Below are positions 8,203 to 17,397 of a DNA stretch of 36,880 bases, in pieces. The notes below the pieces were generated by a model. It saw nothing but the letters and a program-made list of their open reading frames with translations, searched no databases and was not told where the DNA came from. Source of the DNA: Lachnospiraceae bacterium (GTDB lineage: Bacteria > Bacillota > Clostridia > Lachnospirales > Lachnospiraceae); NCBI GenBank assembly GCA_051880335.1, contig JBJENT010000204.1:1-36880 (forward strand), written 5' to 3'. Each line of letters begins with the position of its first letter. The first letter of the stretch is position 1. The translations under genes were made by a program, and so were the position numbers.

Positions 8203-10410
8203 ATGGAAAATAACAAAGTATAGCTTGCCAACCAGGGATTTACACTGGATCAGATTGCAGAGATAGAAGCCGGAGCAGAGGCAGGGGTAGATATCTCTGT
8301 GTATACTGATACGGAACTGCTTGCCATTCAGATGCGCCAGATCCGTCTGGGGCTTCAGGAAGGATTGGACGTCAGTGTTTATGCAAATCGCTCCTATGAC
8401 TGGTTTCAAATGGAGGAAATCAGGAAAGGTCTCAAGGATGGCATATCGATTGAGAATTATGCATTTCCGGAAATTCCCTATGACAAGATGCAGCAGATCC
8501 GCCTTGGACTATGTGATGGAATCGACCTTTCTCCTTTTCAGCATCTGGAGGCAGGAATTTTAAAACAACTGAGACTGGCTCTTTTGCACAATATAAAAAT
8601 TGTACCCTTTATTCAGCAGGGATATGACACGGAGCAGCTGGAGCAGATCCGGGAGGCACTGGAAAAAAAGGTGAATATCGTACCTTACCTTGATATCAGG
8701 TTCCGGGGGGTGTGCATTCGTGAGATTTGTCTTGGGCTGGAGCATGGTCTGGATGTCTCTGTCTATGCGAATCCGCGCTATTACTGGCAGCAGATGAGAG
8801 AAATCCGGTATGGCATGGAACATATGGTAGATGTGGAGCAGTATAAAAACCCCTATTACAGTCCGGAACAGATGTATCAGATTCGGCTGGGGCTGGAAAA
8901 AGGGCTGGAAGTTTCCTATTACAGCAGCCTGATGTATACCGCATCAGATATGGAGCGGAGACGTCTGGCACTGCAGGAACATCCGGGTCTGGCTGCCGGT
9001 GGAGAGGTGCAGCAGCAGGAAACAGCGGATGAAACGCAGCTGATCCGCATTACACTGGAAGCGGAAAATACGCAGGCTTATGTAGATCTTTGTGGTGAGC
9101 GTCGCGGAAATATGCGCGTTGAGATTCTGAAAGAACTTTACAGCAAGGGGATCACATTTGGCATTCATTATGATGAGATCGACCGAATTGCTGCCGGCAA
9201 GGGAACTTTTCAACATGTGCTGATTGCATCCGGGATCATGCCGGTGGATGGCAAAGATGGATATTATGAATATTTTTTCAGGACTCATGTGGCCAGAACA
9301 CCTAAGATTATGGAAGATGGCAGTGTGGATTACCGTAATGTGGAATGGTTCGAGTGGGTGAAAAAAGGGCAGAAGCTGGCCTATTATCATAGCTCTACAC
9401 CGGGAGAAAAAGGGATGACCGTAACCGGACGGGAGATTCCGGCGCGAAAGGGAAGGGAGCAGTATATTCTGACCGGAAGCGGGTTCCAAAGACTGGAAGA
9501 TGGTAAAACCTATGTGGCAGACATGGATGGGATTGTCAGTCTTTCAGAAGAAGGGACAAATGCGAGACAGGAAATCTGGATGAATGTAACTGCCCTTCTG
9601 ACCGTGGAAGAGGTCACTCTGGCAACCGGCGATATTCATTTTGAAGGTAATGTATATGTAAACGGAAACGTAGGAAGTGGAGCTAAAATATTTGCAGCAG
9701 GAGATATCCTGATCAATGGTTTTGTAGAAGCAGCATATATAGAATCCGGAGGAAATATCATGATCCGACATGGCATGAATGGGTCCGGAGAAGGAGAAGT
9801 CCGTGCATACGGAGATGTGAACGGATATTTTTTTGAAAAGGCACGAATCCATGCAGGTGGAAATATTCATGGGGATTATTTTTTGAATTGTGAACTTCAC
9901 GCACAGAAAACCATTACAGTGGTAGGTAAAAAAGGCAGTCTTGCCGGAGGAAAAGCTTATGCAGAGCAGGGGCTCAAAGTGAAAAGTCTGGGGAATCAGG
10001 CAGGACTTTTCACGTATATCCAGCTGGGGGTAAGTGAGCGCCTGTACAAACAGGAAATAGAGTGTAATGAAGAGATACGAAATGTGAATGGGGAACTGGA
10101 GACACTGAACCGCGCTTACCACGAATTTACCAGAAAGTATGAAGCACAGGTCCGGAATTCCATGGATATGTTTTTGAAGATTCAAAGTGCAATTTATACT
10201 AAGGAAAAAGAACTGGATCAGTGGACAAAGAAAAAACACAGTCTGGAGAAGGAAAAGGGCAAGGCAGCACATGTCTGCGCCATTGTGGAAACCAGATTGC
10301 ATGAGGGGGTTACTTTTGAGATTGAGGGGGTTCGGTGGAAGTCGAAAGAGTTGCTGGGCGTCCGGATTAAAAAGTCAGAGAATAAAATTGTAGTTTTTTC
10401 TAACCAATAG
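8203..10410 (+). CDS. FapA/DUF342-family protein with ~9-10 N-terminal 26-aa repeats; in-frame TAG at 8221-8223 (possible pseudogene, or restart at GTG 8299)
   Basis: C-terminal half has FapA motifs (GITFGI, PVDGKDG, DGSVDYRN, VKKGQKLA, G.TVTG.EIP, TGDIHFEGNV beta-solenoid, coiled coil). Repeats [YF]xxxQ[ML]xQIRxGLExGLDVSxY continue upstream of 8299 back to the TAG; ATG 8203 is in frame. Confidence 0.8.
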
Positions 10411-10438
10411 GTGGAAGCAAGGTACGGAGGAAAAAAGT

Positions 10439-11545
10439 GTGCGTGAGAAGATACTTATTGTAGATGATGCAGAGATAAACAGAGAATTACTACAGGAGAT
10501 TCTGAGCGACGAATATGAGATTTTACAGGCGGAAGATGGCAGGCAGGCCATGAAGCTGCTGGAAGAATATCATGAACAGATTATTGTGGTGATGCTGGAT
10601 CTGATTATGCCGGTAATGGATGGATTTGCAGTACTGCGGGAGTTAAGCAACCGTCCCTGGAGCAAGAATATCGGGATCATCATTATCAGCAGCGATAATA
10701 CCATTCAGACAGAATCAGACTGTTTTAAACTGGGGGTGTCTGATTTTGTGCATCGTCCCTTTAACAACCGTCTGGTAAAAAGGCGAGTGAACAATATCGT
10801 CTCCCTATTTCAGTATCAGCAGGATCTGGAAAATAAGGTGGAGAAACAGACAGAGACGCTGCGTAAGCAGTACCGTCTGCTGCAACTTCAGGCAGAACAG
10901 CTAAAGCAGAGCCGGGCCAACGTCATCGATATTCTGGGTACCGTTGTGGAATACCGGAACCTGGAGAGCGGACAGCATATTGAGCGTGTGAAAGGATATA
11001 CCAGGATTCTGGCAGACCGGCTGAGACAAGATTATCCGGAATACGGACTGACGGAAGAACAGGTGAATATCATCGCTTCCGCCAGTGCTCTTCACGATAT
11101 CGGAAAAATCGCCATCCCGGATTCTATTTTATTAAAGCCGGGCAGGCTGACAAATGAAGAATTTGAATATATGAAATCCCATACCACCAAGGGTGGAGAG
11201 ATTTTGAACAGCATCAAAAATGTATGGGATGAAGAGTATGGAAAGGTCAGCTATGAAATCTGCCGGTATCATCATGAACGTTATGATGGCAGGGGCTATC
11301 CGGATGGATTGAAAGGAGAAAATATTCCTCTTCCGGCCCAGATCGTTTCCATTGCAGATGTGTATGATGCCCTGGTAAATGAAAGGGTATATAAGAGTGC
11401 TTATTCCAAAGAAAAAGCATTCCAGATGATCATGACAGGAGAGTGCGGCGTCTTTTCACCGAAAATACTGGACTGCTTCTGGAATGTGAGACGGGAGTTT
11501 GAAAAACTGGCCGGTCCAACACAGGGAGATGAGAAGGAAGCATAA
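10439..11545 (+). CDS. Response regulator with HD-GYP cyclic-dinucleotide phosphodiesterase domain (RpfG-like)
   Basis: N-terminal REC (IVDD, MLDLIMP); EYRNLESGQH, LHDIGK, HHERYDGRGYP, ADVYDAL..ERVYK; GTG start with RBS GGAGG. Confidence 0.93.
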   Translation: MREKILIVDDAEINRELLQEILSDEYEILQAEDGRQAMKLLEEYHEQIIVVMLDLIMPVMDGFAVLRELSNRPWSKNIGIIIISSDNTIQTESDCFKLGVSDFVHRPFNNRLVKRRVNNIVSLFQYQQDLENKVEKQTETLRKQYRLLQLQAEQLKQSRANVIDILGTVVEYRNLESGQHIERVKGYTRILADRLRQDYPEYGLTEEQVNIIASASALHDIGKIAIPDSILLKPGRLTNEEFEYMKSHTTKGGEILNSIKNVWDEEYGKVSYEICRYHHERYDGRGYPDGLKGENIPLPAQIVSIADVYDALVNERVYKSAYSKEKAFQMIMTGECGVFSPKILDCFWNVRREFEKLAGPTQGDEKEA

Positions 11546-11584
11546 GGAAGTACCATAGATTAAGAAGGAGATAAGAAAGTAAGA

Positions 11585-13492
11585 ATGAAGATGAAAAAAA
11601 TTTTATGTGTGTTACTGACATTTGTTATGACAGCAATCATGCTGATCGGATGTGGAGCGCAGAGCGAAGACACGAAGCAGAGTGGGCAGGCTGCACAGGA
11701 AGAACAGGTAAAAGAAGGTGAACAGGGAAACACTAACGGACAGGGAAAAGAAAAAGTAACCGTTGCCCTGTGGGGAACACAGCTTTTGGAAAACTATACC
11801 CAGTATCTGTGCGATACCTTTCCGGAGGTAGAGTTTGAATTTACTCTGGCTACCAATTCCACAGACTTTTACCGTTATAGGAACGATCACGATGATCTGC
11901 CGGACATTCTGACAGTGCGCCGGTTCTCTCTGAAGGATGCAGTTTTGATCAAGGATCTTTTGTATGATCTGTGTGATACGGAACTGGCCTCTACCTTTTA
12001 TGGAACATATCTGGATAACTATACCTATGATGACGGTACCATCAACTGGCTTCCGGCATGTGCGGATGTAGACAGTATCATCGTCAATGAGACCTTATTT
12101 GAAGAGAATGATATTCCCATTCCTACGGATTACGATTCCTTTATTGCAGCCTGTGAGGCATTTGAAGAGCTGGGGATTCAGGGCTTTGCTTCTGATTTCG
12201 GTTCCGATTATACCTGTATGGAAGTACTTCAGGGCTTTTCCATTTCACAGCTTTTGTCTATGGAAGGCCGGGAATGGCGTCAGCAGTATGAGAGTGGTAC
12301 AACAAAGCAGCTTTCCGAAGAGGTATGGATGCCTGTTTTTGAGAAATTCTTTGACATGAAGGAGAAAACAGGTCTGGGTGAAGCTGAAACAAAGATGACG
12401 AACCAGAATCCTAAAGAGCTTTACATGGCTGGTAAGCTGGCCATGTATCGCGGAACAGGTACGGATGTCATTGCATTCCCCGGCCGGGAAGGAGACCGGT
12501 CTATTTTACTTCCATACTTTGGTGATACAGAGAAAGATAACTGGTATCTGACCTATCCATCTTTCCATGTGGCTGCCAGCAAAAAGGCCATGGAAGATCC
12601 GGAGCGGGAAGAACTGCTTCTGAGAATCATGACTGCCATGCTGAATCAGGAAGGCCAGAGCCGCATTACCTACGGAAAGAATATGATTCCTTATAACAAG
12701 GACGTAACTTTGGAACTGCTGTCTGAACTGGATAATATTAAGCCATACATAGATCAGAACAAGATGTATATTCGTCTGGCTTCCGGCGAGATGTTCAGTA
12801 TTTCCCAGAATGTAGTACAGCGCATTTTGCTGGGTGAATTAAGTACACCGAAAGCAGCGTTTGATGCGTTTAATGAATTGATGAAGGAAAGTGGGACATC
12901 TGATAAAGCGGTTGCTCACATAGATACCCCTTATTCCAATGAATTTACCCAGGAACATGGTAATCTGGCTGCATCTGCCATCTATAACACGGTGCTGGCA
13001 GAAGCAGATGTTGACCTGGTATTTGGACAGTCCTGCTATATCAGCAGTGATGTTTATGAGGGAGATTATACCCAGAAGGATCTGGGATATCTTATCAATA
13101 ACGATGTGGGGAAACCGGTTATTGCCCATCTGAGCGGAGACCAGCTTTTCAAGCTTGTTGCCAACACTCTTTCCTTAAAGGGTAATAGAGGTGCAGTTTG
13201 TAATGATAGTACCTTGTATGTATCCAGTGGATTTGAGATGGATGTTACCCGAACGGAAGAAGGTTATACACTCAATGCCATAACCGTTGGAGGAAAGGAA
13301 CTGGATCCAAAGGCAGAGTATTCCATACTCCTGTGCAGTGACTATGACTGGTATGTGGTAGATGCCATGAAAGCGATTGGATGCCAGGATTATCAGATTG
13401 ATGAAGTACACTTTGAAGAGTATGTATTCAAGCGTCTCATTGAAAAAGGCGGCCAGTTGGAGGCACCTACAGATTACATTACGCTGCGATGA
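11585..13492 (+). CDS. Lipoprotein: extracellular solute-binding domain fused to a 5'-nucleotidase C-terminal-like domain
   Basis: Lipobox MLIG|C; family-1 SBP features (DLPDIL, NETLFEENDIPIPTDYDSF); last ~190 aa resemble 5'-nucleotidase C domain (ADVDLVF..., EGDYTQKDL, HLSGDQL, SSGF, GKELDPKAEYSI). Confidence 0.75.
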   Translation: MKMKKILCVLLTFVMTAIMLIGCGAQSEDTKQSGQAAQEEQVKEGEQGNTNGQGKEKVTVALWGTQLLENYTQYLCDTFPEVEFEFTLATNSTDFYRYRNDHDDLPDILTVRRFSLKDAVLIKDLLYDLCDTELASTFYGTYLDNYTYDDGTINWLPACADVDSIIVNETLFEENDIPIPTDYDSFIAACEAFEELGIQGFASDFGSDYTCMEVLQGFSISQLLSMEGREWRQQYESGTTKQLSEEVWMPVFEKFFDMKEKTGLGEAETKMTNQNPKELYMAGKLAMYRGTGTDVIAFPGREGDRSILLPYFGDTEKDNWYLTYPSFHVAASKKAMEDPEREELLLRIMTAMLNQEGQSRITYGKNMIPYNKDVTLELLSELDNIKPYIDQNKMYIRLASGEMFSISQNVVQRILLGELSTPKAAFDAFNELMKESGTSDKAVAHIDTPYSNEFTQEHGNLAASAIYNTVLAEADVDLVFGQSCYISSDVYEGDYTQKDLGYLINNDVGKPVIAHLSGDQLFKLVANTLSLKGNRGAVCNDSTLYVSSGFEMDVTRTEEGYTLNAITVGGKELDPKAEYSILLCSDYDWYVVDAMKAIGCQDYQIDEVHFEEYVFKRLIEKGGQLEAPTDYITLR

Positions 13493-16167
13493 CAGAAATC
13501 GAATCGCAAATGGACGACGTACAAACTGAAGTTGAGGTAAATACCGGAATGCAGAGAAGAAAGAAAATAACAAAATATCTTGTGCCGGTGCTGTTTGCAT
13601 TTGTGGTGGTTGCTGCTCTGGTGGTAAGTGTTATATATATTCGTTCCTATATGATGAAACAGACAGTAAAGGAACGTTCTTATCAGCTGGAGGAGATGAG
13701 TTCCCAGATCCGGGCCAATATGGAGTCGGGTCTGGAGACTCACTGGAATCTGGTGACCGGCATCAAAGCCACTGTGGCAGGGAAAAATTACAGTAGTGAG
13801 CAGGAACTGATAGAAGCTATTGGAATACTGGAAAAAGAGTTTTGCACAGACCTATACGGGTGTCGTGTGATGCTTCTGGATTCTATGGGAACTTCACATC
13901 TGTCGGAGGGCGAAGCAGGTATCTGGGATGATATCGGCCGCCTTGCAGATGGGGAAGAACAACATACTTTTGTCTCCGATACCAGTAATGTAGAGGGGAC
14001 CTTTTTGGCGTTCACCCAAAAGTTGGAAAACCCCATTACCGTGGCTGAGGATGAAAACAGATTTACCCATCTGGTACTTCTGAAAGATATTGAAACTCTG
14101 AAAAAATACTATACGACAGAAAGCTATGGTGGAAATGCAGCCACCTATATTATAAAGAAAAACGGTATTCTGGCCTATTACGATGCCCAGGATGATATCA
14201 TCGGGGCAAGGAATATTTTCAAGGCATTGGAAAATGCCCAGTATGTCCGGAACCGGTCCTTTGAGGAGATTAAGGAGCATCTTAGTGAAGATGGAGTTGT
14301 GGCAGCCAATATTCTCCTGGACCAGACAGAGTATTACTACTGCCTGACCACTCTGCCGGAATACGACATGACCCTGATGCTGCTGATCCCGGCGGAATAT
14401 GTGGCCATCAGTACCATGGATATGATGAATTCTACCATGCGGGTACAGATCATTGTTATGTCGGTTATGACGGTTCTGATGATACTGGCAGTTGTCTGCT
14501 TTTTCCTGGTTCAGCGAATTAACCAGAAGGTGAAGATCGAACAGGAGAACAATCAGGAATTGAACCGGCTGCGTCTGGCAGCAGAGGATGCCATGGTTGC
14601 AGCAGAATCAGCCAATAAAGCCAAAAGTACCTTCCTCAGCAACATGTCCCACGATATCCGTACCCCTATGAATGCGGTAATCGGTTTCGCCACACTGGCT
14701 CTTGCCAATGTGGACAACACAGAGAAAGTAAAGGATTACCTGTCCAAGATCTTATCCTCCAGCAACCATCTGCTGAGTCTGATCAACGATATTCTGGATA
14801 TGAGCCGCATTGAGAGCGGTAAGATCCAGTTGGACGAGCAGGAAGCCAACCTGTCGGATATGCTGCATGATATCAAGACCATCATCAGTGGTCAGATTCA
14901 TGCCAAACAGCTGGAATTATATATGGATGTGCTGGATGTAACCGATGAAGACGTGCTCTGCGACAAGACCCGTCTGAACCAGGTACTGCTGAACCTGCTG
15001 TCCAATGCAGTCAAATTTACGCCGCCCGGCGGTACGGTATCCATTCGTATCGCGCAGATGCCAGGTGCCCCACAGGGAAAGGGATTGTATGAGATTCGGG
15101 TCAAAGATACCGGTATCGGAATGAGTCAGGAATTTGCGGAAAAAATCTTTGAACCCTTTGAACGGGAACGTTCTTCAACAGTCAGCAGGATACAGGGTAC
15201 CGGTCTGGGCATGTCCATCTCAAAAAACATCATTGATATGATGGGCGGCACCATCACGGTGAAGACCGAACAAAATAAGGGAACCGAGTTTATCATTCAT
15301 CTGGCTCTGCGCCTGCAGTCGGAACGTCGCAGTGTGAAAAAGATCAAAGAACTGGTAGGGCTGAAAGCACTGGTAGTAGACGACGATTTCAATACCTGCG
15401 ACAGTGTTACAAAGATGCTGGTACAGGTGGGAATGCGTTCTGAATGGACCATGTTTGGTAAGGAGGCAGTTCTTCGGGCCAGACAGTCCATAGAACTGAA
15501 TGACCCCTTCCATGCCTATATCATTGACTGGCGACTGCCGGATATGAATGGGATCGAGGTTACCCGTCAGATCCGCAGTCTGGGTGACCACACACCGATC
15601 ATTATACTTACCGCATATGACTGGGCAGATATTGAGGTAGAGGCCAGAGCAGCTGGTGTGACAGCATTCTGCTCTAAGCCTATGTTTATGTCTGATTTAA
15701 GAGAGTCCCTGCTGACAGCTCTGGGACAGCAGAAGGAACAGGATCAGCAGGTACTGCCGGCAGCAAAAAAGGAAGAAAATTTCCGTGGAAAACATCTGCT
15801 GCTGGCAGAGGACAATGAACTGAACCGGGAGATAGCACTGGAGATTCTGGGCGAATACGGATTCCGAATGGATGCAGTGGAAAACGGTGCAGAAGCGCTG
15901 GAAAAGGTAAAAGGATCCAGGCCCGGTGATTATGATCTGGTTCTGATGGATATCCAGATGCCGATTATGGATGGATATGAAGCAACCCGTCAGATTCGTG
16001 CTTTGGAAGATCCAGAATTAGCCCGGATTCCGATTCTGGCTATGACAGCCAATGCCTTTGATGAAGACCGGAGAGCGGCTAAGGAATGTGGCATGGATGG
16101 ATTTTTATCCAAGCCAATTAATATGGAAGAGGTAATACAGGAACTGTCGGATATTCTTACCGACTGA
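13489..16167 (+). CDS. Hybrid sensor histidine kinase: 2 TM, ~270-aa extracellular (Cache-like) domain, HisKA, HATPase, two REC domains
   Basis: SHDIRTPMNA, NLLSNAVKFT, DTGIG, GTGLG; REC1 VVDD..IIDWRLP..SKP; REC2 LAED..LMDIQMP..SKP; ATGA overlap with the lipoprotein gene. Confidence 0.93.
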   Translation: MTEIESQMDDVQTEVEVNTGMQRRKKITKYLVPVLFAFVVVAALVVSVIYIRSYMMKQTVKERSYQLEEMSSQIRANMESGLETHWNLVTGIKATVAGKNYSSEQELIEAIGILEKEFCTDLYGCRVMLLDSMGTSHLSEGEAGIWDDIGRLADGEEQHTFVSDTSNVEGTFLAFTQKLENPITVAEDENRFTHLVLLKDIETLKKYYTTESYGGNAATYIIKKNGILAYYDAQDDIIGARNIFKALENAQYVRNRSFEEIKEHLSEDGVVAANILLDQTEYYYCLTTLPEYDMTLMLLIPAEYVAISTMDMMNSTMRVQIIVMSVMTVLMILAVVCFFLVQRINQKVKIEQENNQELNRLRLAAEDAMVAAESANKAKSTFLSNMSHDIRTPMNAVIGFATLALANVDNTEKVKDYLSKILSSSNHLLSLINDILDMSRIESGKIQLDEQEANLSDMLHDIKTIISGQIHAKQLELYMDVLDVTDEDVLCDKTRLNQVLLNLLSNAVKFTPPGGTVSIRIAQMPGAPQGKGLYEIRVKDTGIGMSQEFAEKIFEPFERERSSTVSRIQGTGLGMSISKNIIDMMGGTITVKTEQNKGTEFIIHLALRLQSERRSVKKIKELVGLKALVVDDDFNTCDSVTKMLVQVGMRSEWTMFGKEAVLRARQSIELNDPFHAYIIDWRLPDMNGIEVTRQIRSLGDHTPIIILTAYDWADIEVEARAAGVTAFCSKPMFMSDLRESLLTALGQQKEQDQQVLPAAKKEENFRGKHLLLAEDNELNREIALEILGEYGFRMDAVENGAEALEKVKGSRPGDYDLVLMDIQMPIMDGYEATRQIRALEDPELARIPILAMTANAFDEDRRAAKECGMDGFLSKPINMEEVIQELSDILTD

Positions 16168-16244
16168 AACGAAGGTTCAGAAAAATGAACTGAGTGCAGA
16201 GATTGGTAATACGATTATGGAAAAGGCAGGGTTTCAAAGTCATT

Positions 16245-16273
16245 TTGACAAATGGGCGGCTGAGATGGATAAT
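16245..16273 (+). promoter_or_regulatory. Putative sigmaA promoter for the small CxxC gene
   Basis: TTGACA-N17-GATAAT. Confidence 0.55.
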
Positions 16274-16334
16274 AGACCATATAAAAAGCCCTTTGCACAA
16301 CGGGCCGGAATAGGGAAAAACAGGAGCGATAAAA

Positions 16335-16565
16335 ATGAGCTACTTAATCAGTGAAACAACAAAAGAGCAGAGAGAGAAGATCGTTGCAGAATCTCTTGGA
16401 AATATCGAGGCAAGCTGCAACGGATGTATGGCCGGACTGGTGGAAATGTATCAGGATTATATAGACGGTAAGAAGGAGCTCCGTGACATCAATATGGAGT
16501 TTAACGCCGGCTATATCAGTGGAGATGAAGTGCCGGGAAGAAGTTCCTGCCCCATGGGAAATTGA
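16335..16565 (+). CDS. Small hypothetical protein with CxxC motif and C-terminal Cys
   Basis: 76 aa, RBS AGGAG, upstream promoter; motifs SCNGCM, MYQDYIDGKKEL..INMEF. Confidence 0.75.
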   Translation: MSYLISETTKEQREKIVAESLGNIEASCNGCMAGLVEMYQDYIDGKKELRDINMEFNAGYISGDEVPGRSSCPMGN

Positions 16566-16589
16566 CACTCCCATAGTAAAAGCACAGGC

Positions 16590-16657
16590 TTTACAACACA
16601 TTTGTTCAGAAGTATGATACGATAGAAAACGAATCAGAAATATGATACGATAGAAAA
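16590..16657 (+). promoter_or_regulatory. xpt promoter with a tandem 24-bp direct repeat over the -10/start region
   Basis: TTTACA(16590)-N17-TATGAT(16613); TCAGAA[G/A]TATGATACGATAGAAAA at 16606-16629 and 16634-16657. Confidence 0.65.
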
Positions 16658-16681
16658 AACAAGCTGCTTTGGGAGGACGAT

Positions 16682-17257
16682 ATGAAACTTTTAGAGGAAA
16701 GAATCAGAAAAGACGGTGTGGTAAAAGAAGGAAATGTACTGAAGGTAGACAGTTTTTTAAACCATCAGATGGATATTGAACTGTTTAACGAAATGGGAAA
16801 AGAGTTCCGAAGACTTTTTCCCAGTGAGAAGATCAACAAAATTCTGACCATTGAGGCGTCCGGTATCGGCATTGCCTGTATTGTGGCCCAGTATTTCCAT
16901 GTGCCGGTTGTTTTTGCAAAAAAGGCACAGAGCATCAACCTGGATGGGGACATGTATTGTACCAAGATCGAATCCTTTACCCATAAAAGAGTATATGATG
17001 TGATCGTGGCAAAGAAATATATCGACAAGGATGATCATATTCTGGTAATCGATGATTTCCTGGCAAACGGATGTGCTGTGAATGGTCTGATCGATATCAT
17101 TCAGAATGCCGGCGCTACAGTAGAGGGTGTAGGCATTGCAGTAGAAAAGGGCTTTCAGGATGGTGGTAAGCTGCTTCGTGAAAAAGGTATTCATGTGGAA
17201 TCCCTTGCCATTGTAAAGAGCATGGATGCCAGGACAGGTGAGATTGAATTTATGTAA
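16682..17257 (+). CDS. xpt: Xanthine phosphoribosyltransferase
   Basis: MKLLEERI..., [26 protein letters not shown]-binding loop [16 protein letters not shown]; RBS GGGAGG. Confidence 0.95.
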   Translation: MKLLEERIRKDGVVKEGNVLKVDSFLNHQMDIELFNEMGKEFRRLFPSEKINKILTIEASGIGIACIVAQYFHVPVVFAKKAQSINLDGDMYCTKIESFTHKRVYDVIVAKKYIDKDDHILVIDDFLANGCAVNGLIDIIQNAGATVEGVGIAVEKGFQDGGKLLREKGIHVESLAIVKSMDARTGEIEFM

Positions 17258-17309
17258 AAAATGTGTAATTATTTTCAAAACAAATGGAAAGTTCTGTTAA
17301 TTCCGATTA

Positions 17310-17397
17310 TTGACAGAGAGGAAAGCTTAGAGCTATACTTTTCTTGTTTGTTGAGAGACGGCTATGGGGCTGTACCGGCACGTACAGCTCCTTTTTT
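17310..17397 (+). promoter_or_regulatory. sigmaA promoter followed closely by an intrinsic terminator (putative attenuator) upstream of the nucleoside ABC operon
   Basis: TTGACA(17310)-N18-TATACT(17334); stem GGGGCTGTAC(17366-17375)/GTACAGCTCC(17382-17391) + T6. Confidence 0.7.

Noticed and set aside
8221-8223. Amber recoding (pyrrolysine or alternative genetic code)
   Set aside because: Genes ending at 3016, 4990, 10410, 22706, 32562 and 35013 use TAG as a normal stop, and no pyl genes are in the window.
9544-10302. 252-aa minus-strand ORF, and other long antisense ORFs such as 8944-9489, 16757-17278, 17362-17859, 19305-20018 and 34353-34826
   Set aside because: They lie opposite well-supported genes, have no recognisable motifs, and look like antisense shadows of biased codon usage.
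16606-16657. CRISPR-like direct repeats
   Set aside because: Only two copies with a 4-nt gap, and no cas genes.
16566-16681. Guanine riboswitch upstream of xpt
   Set aside because: Leader is too short and lacks the consensus.
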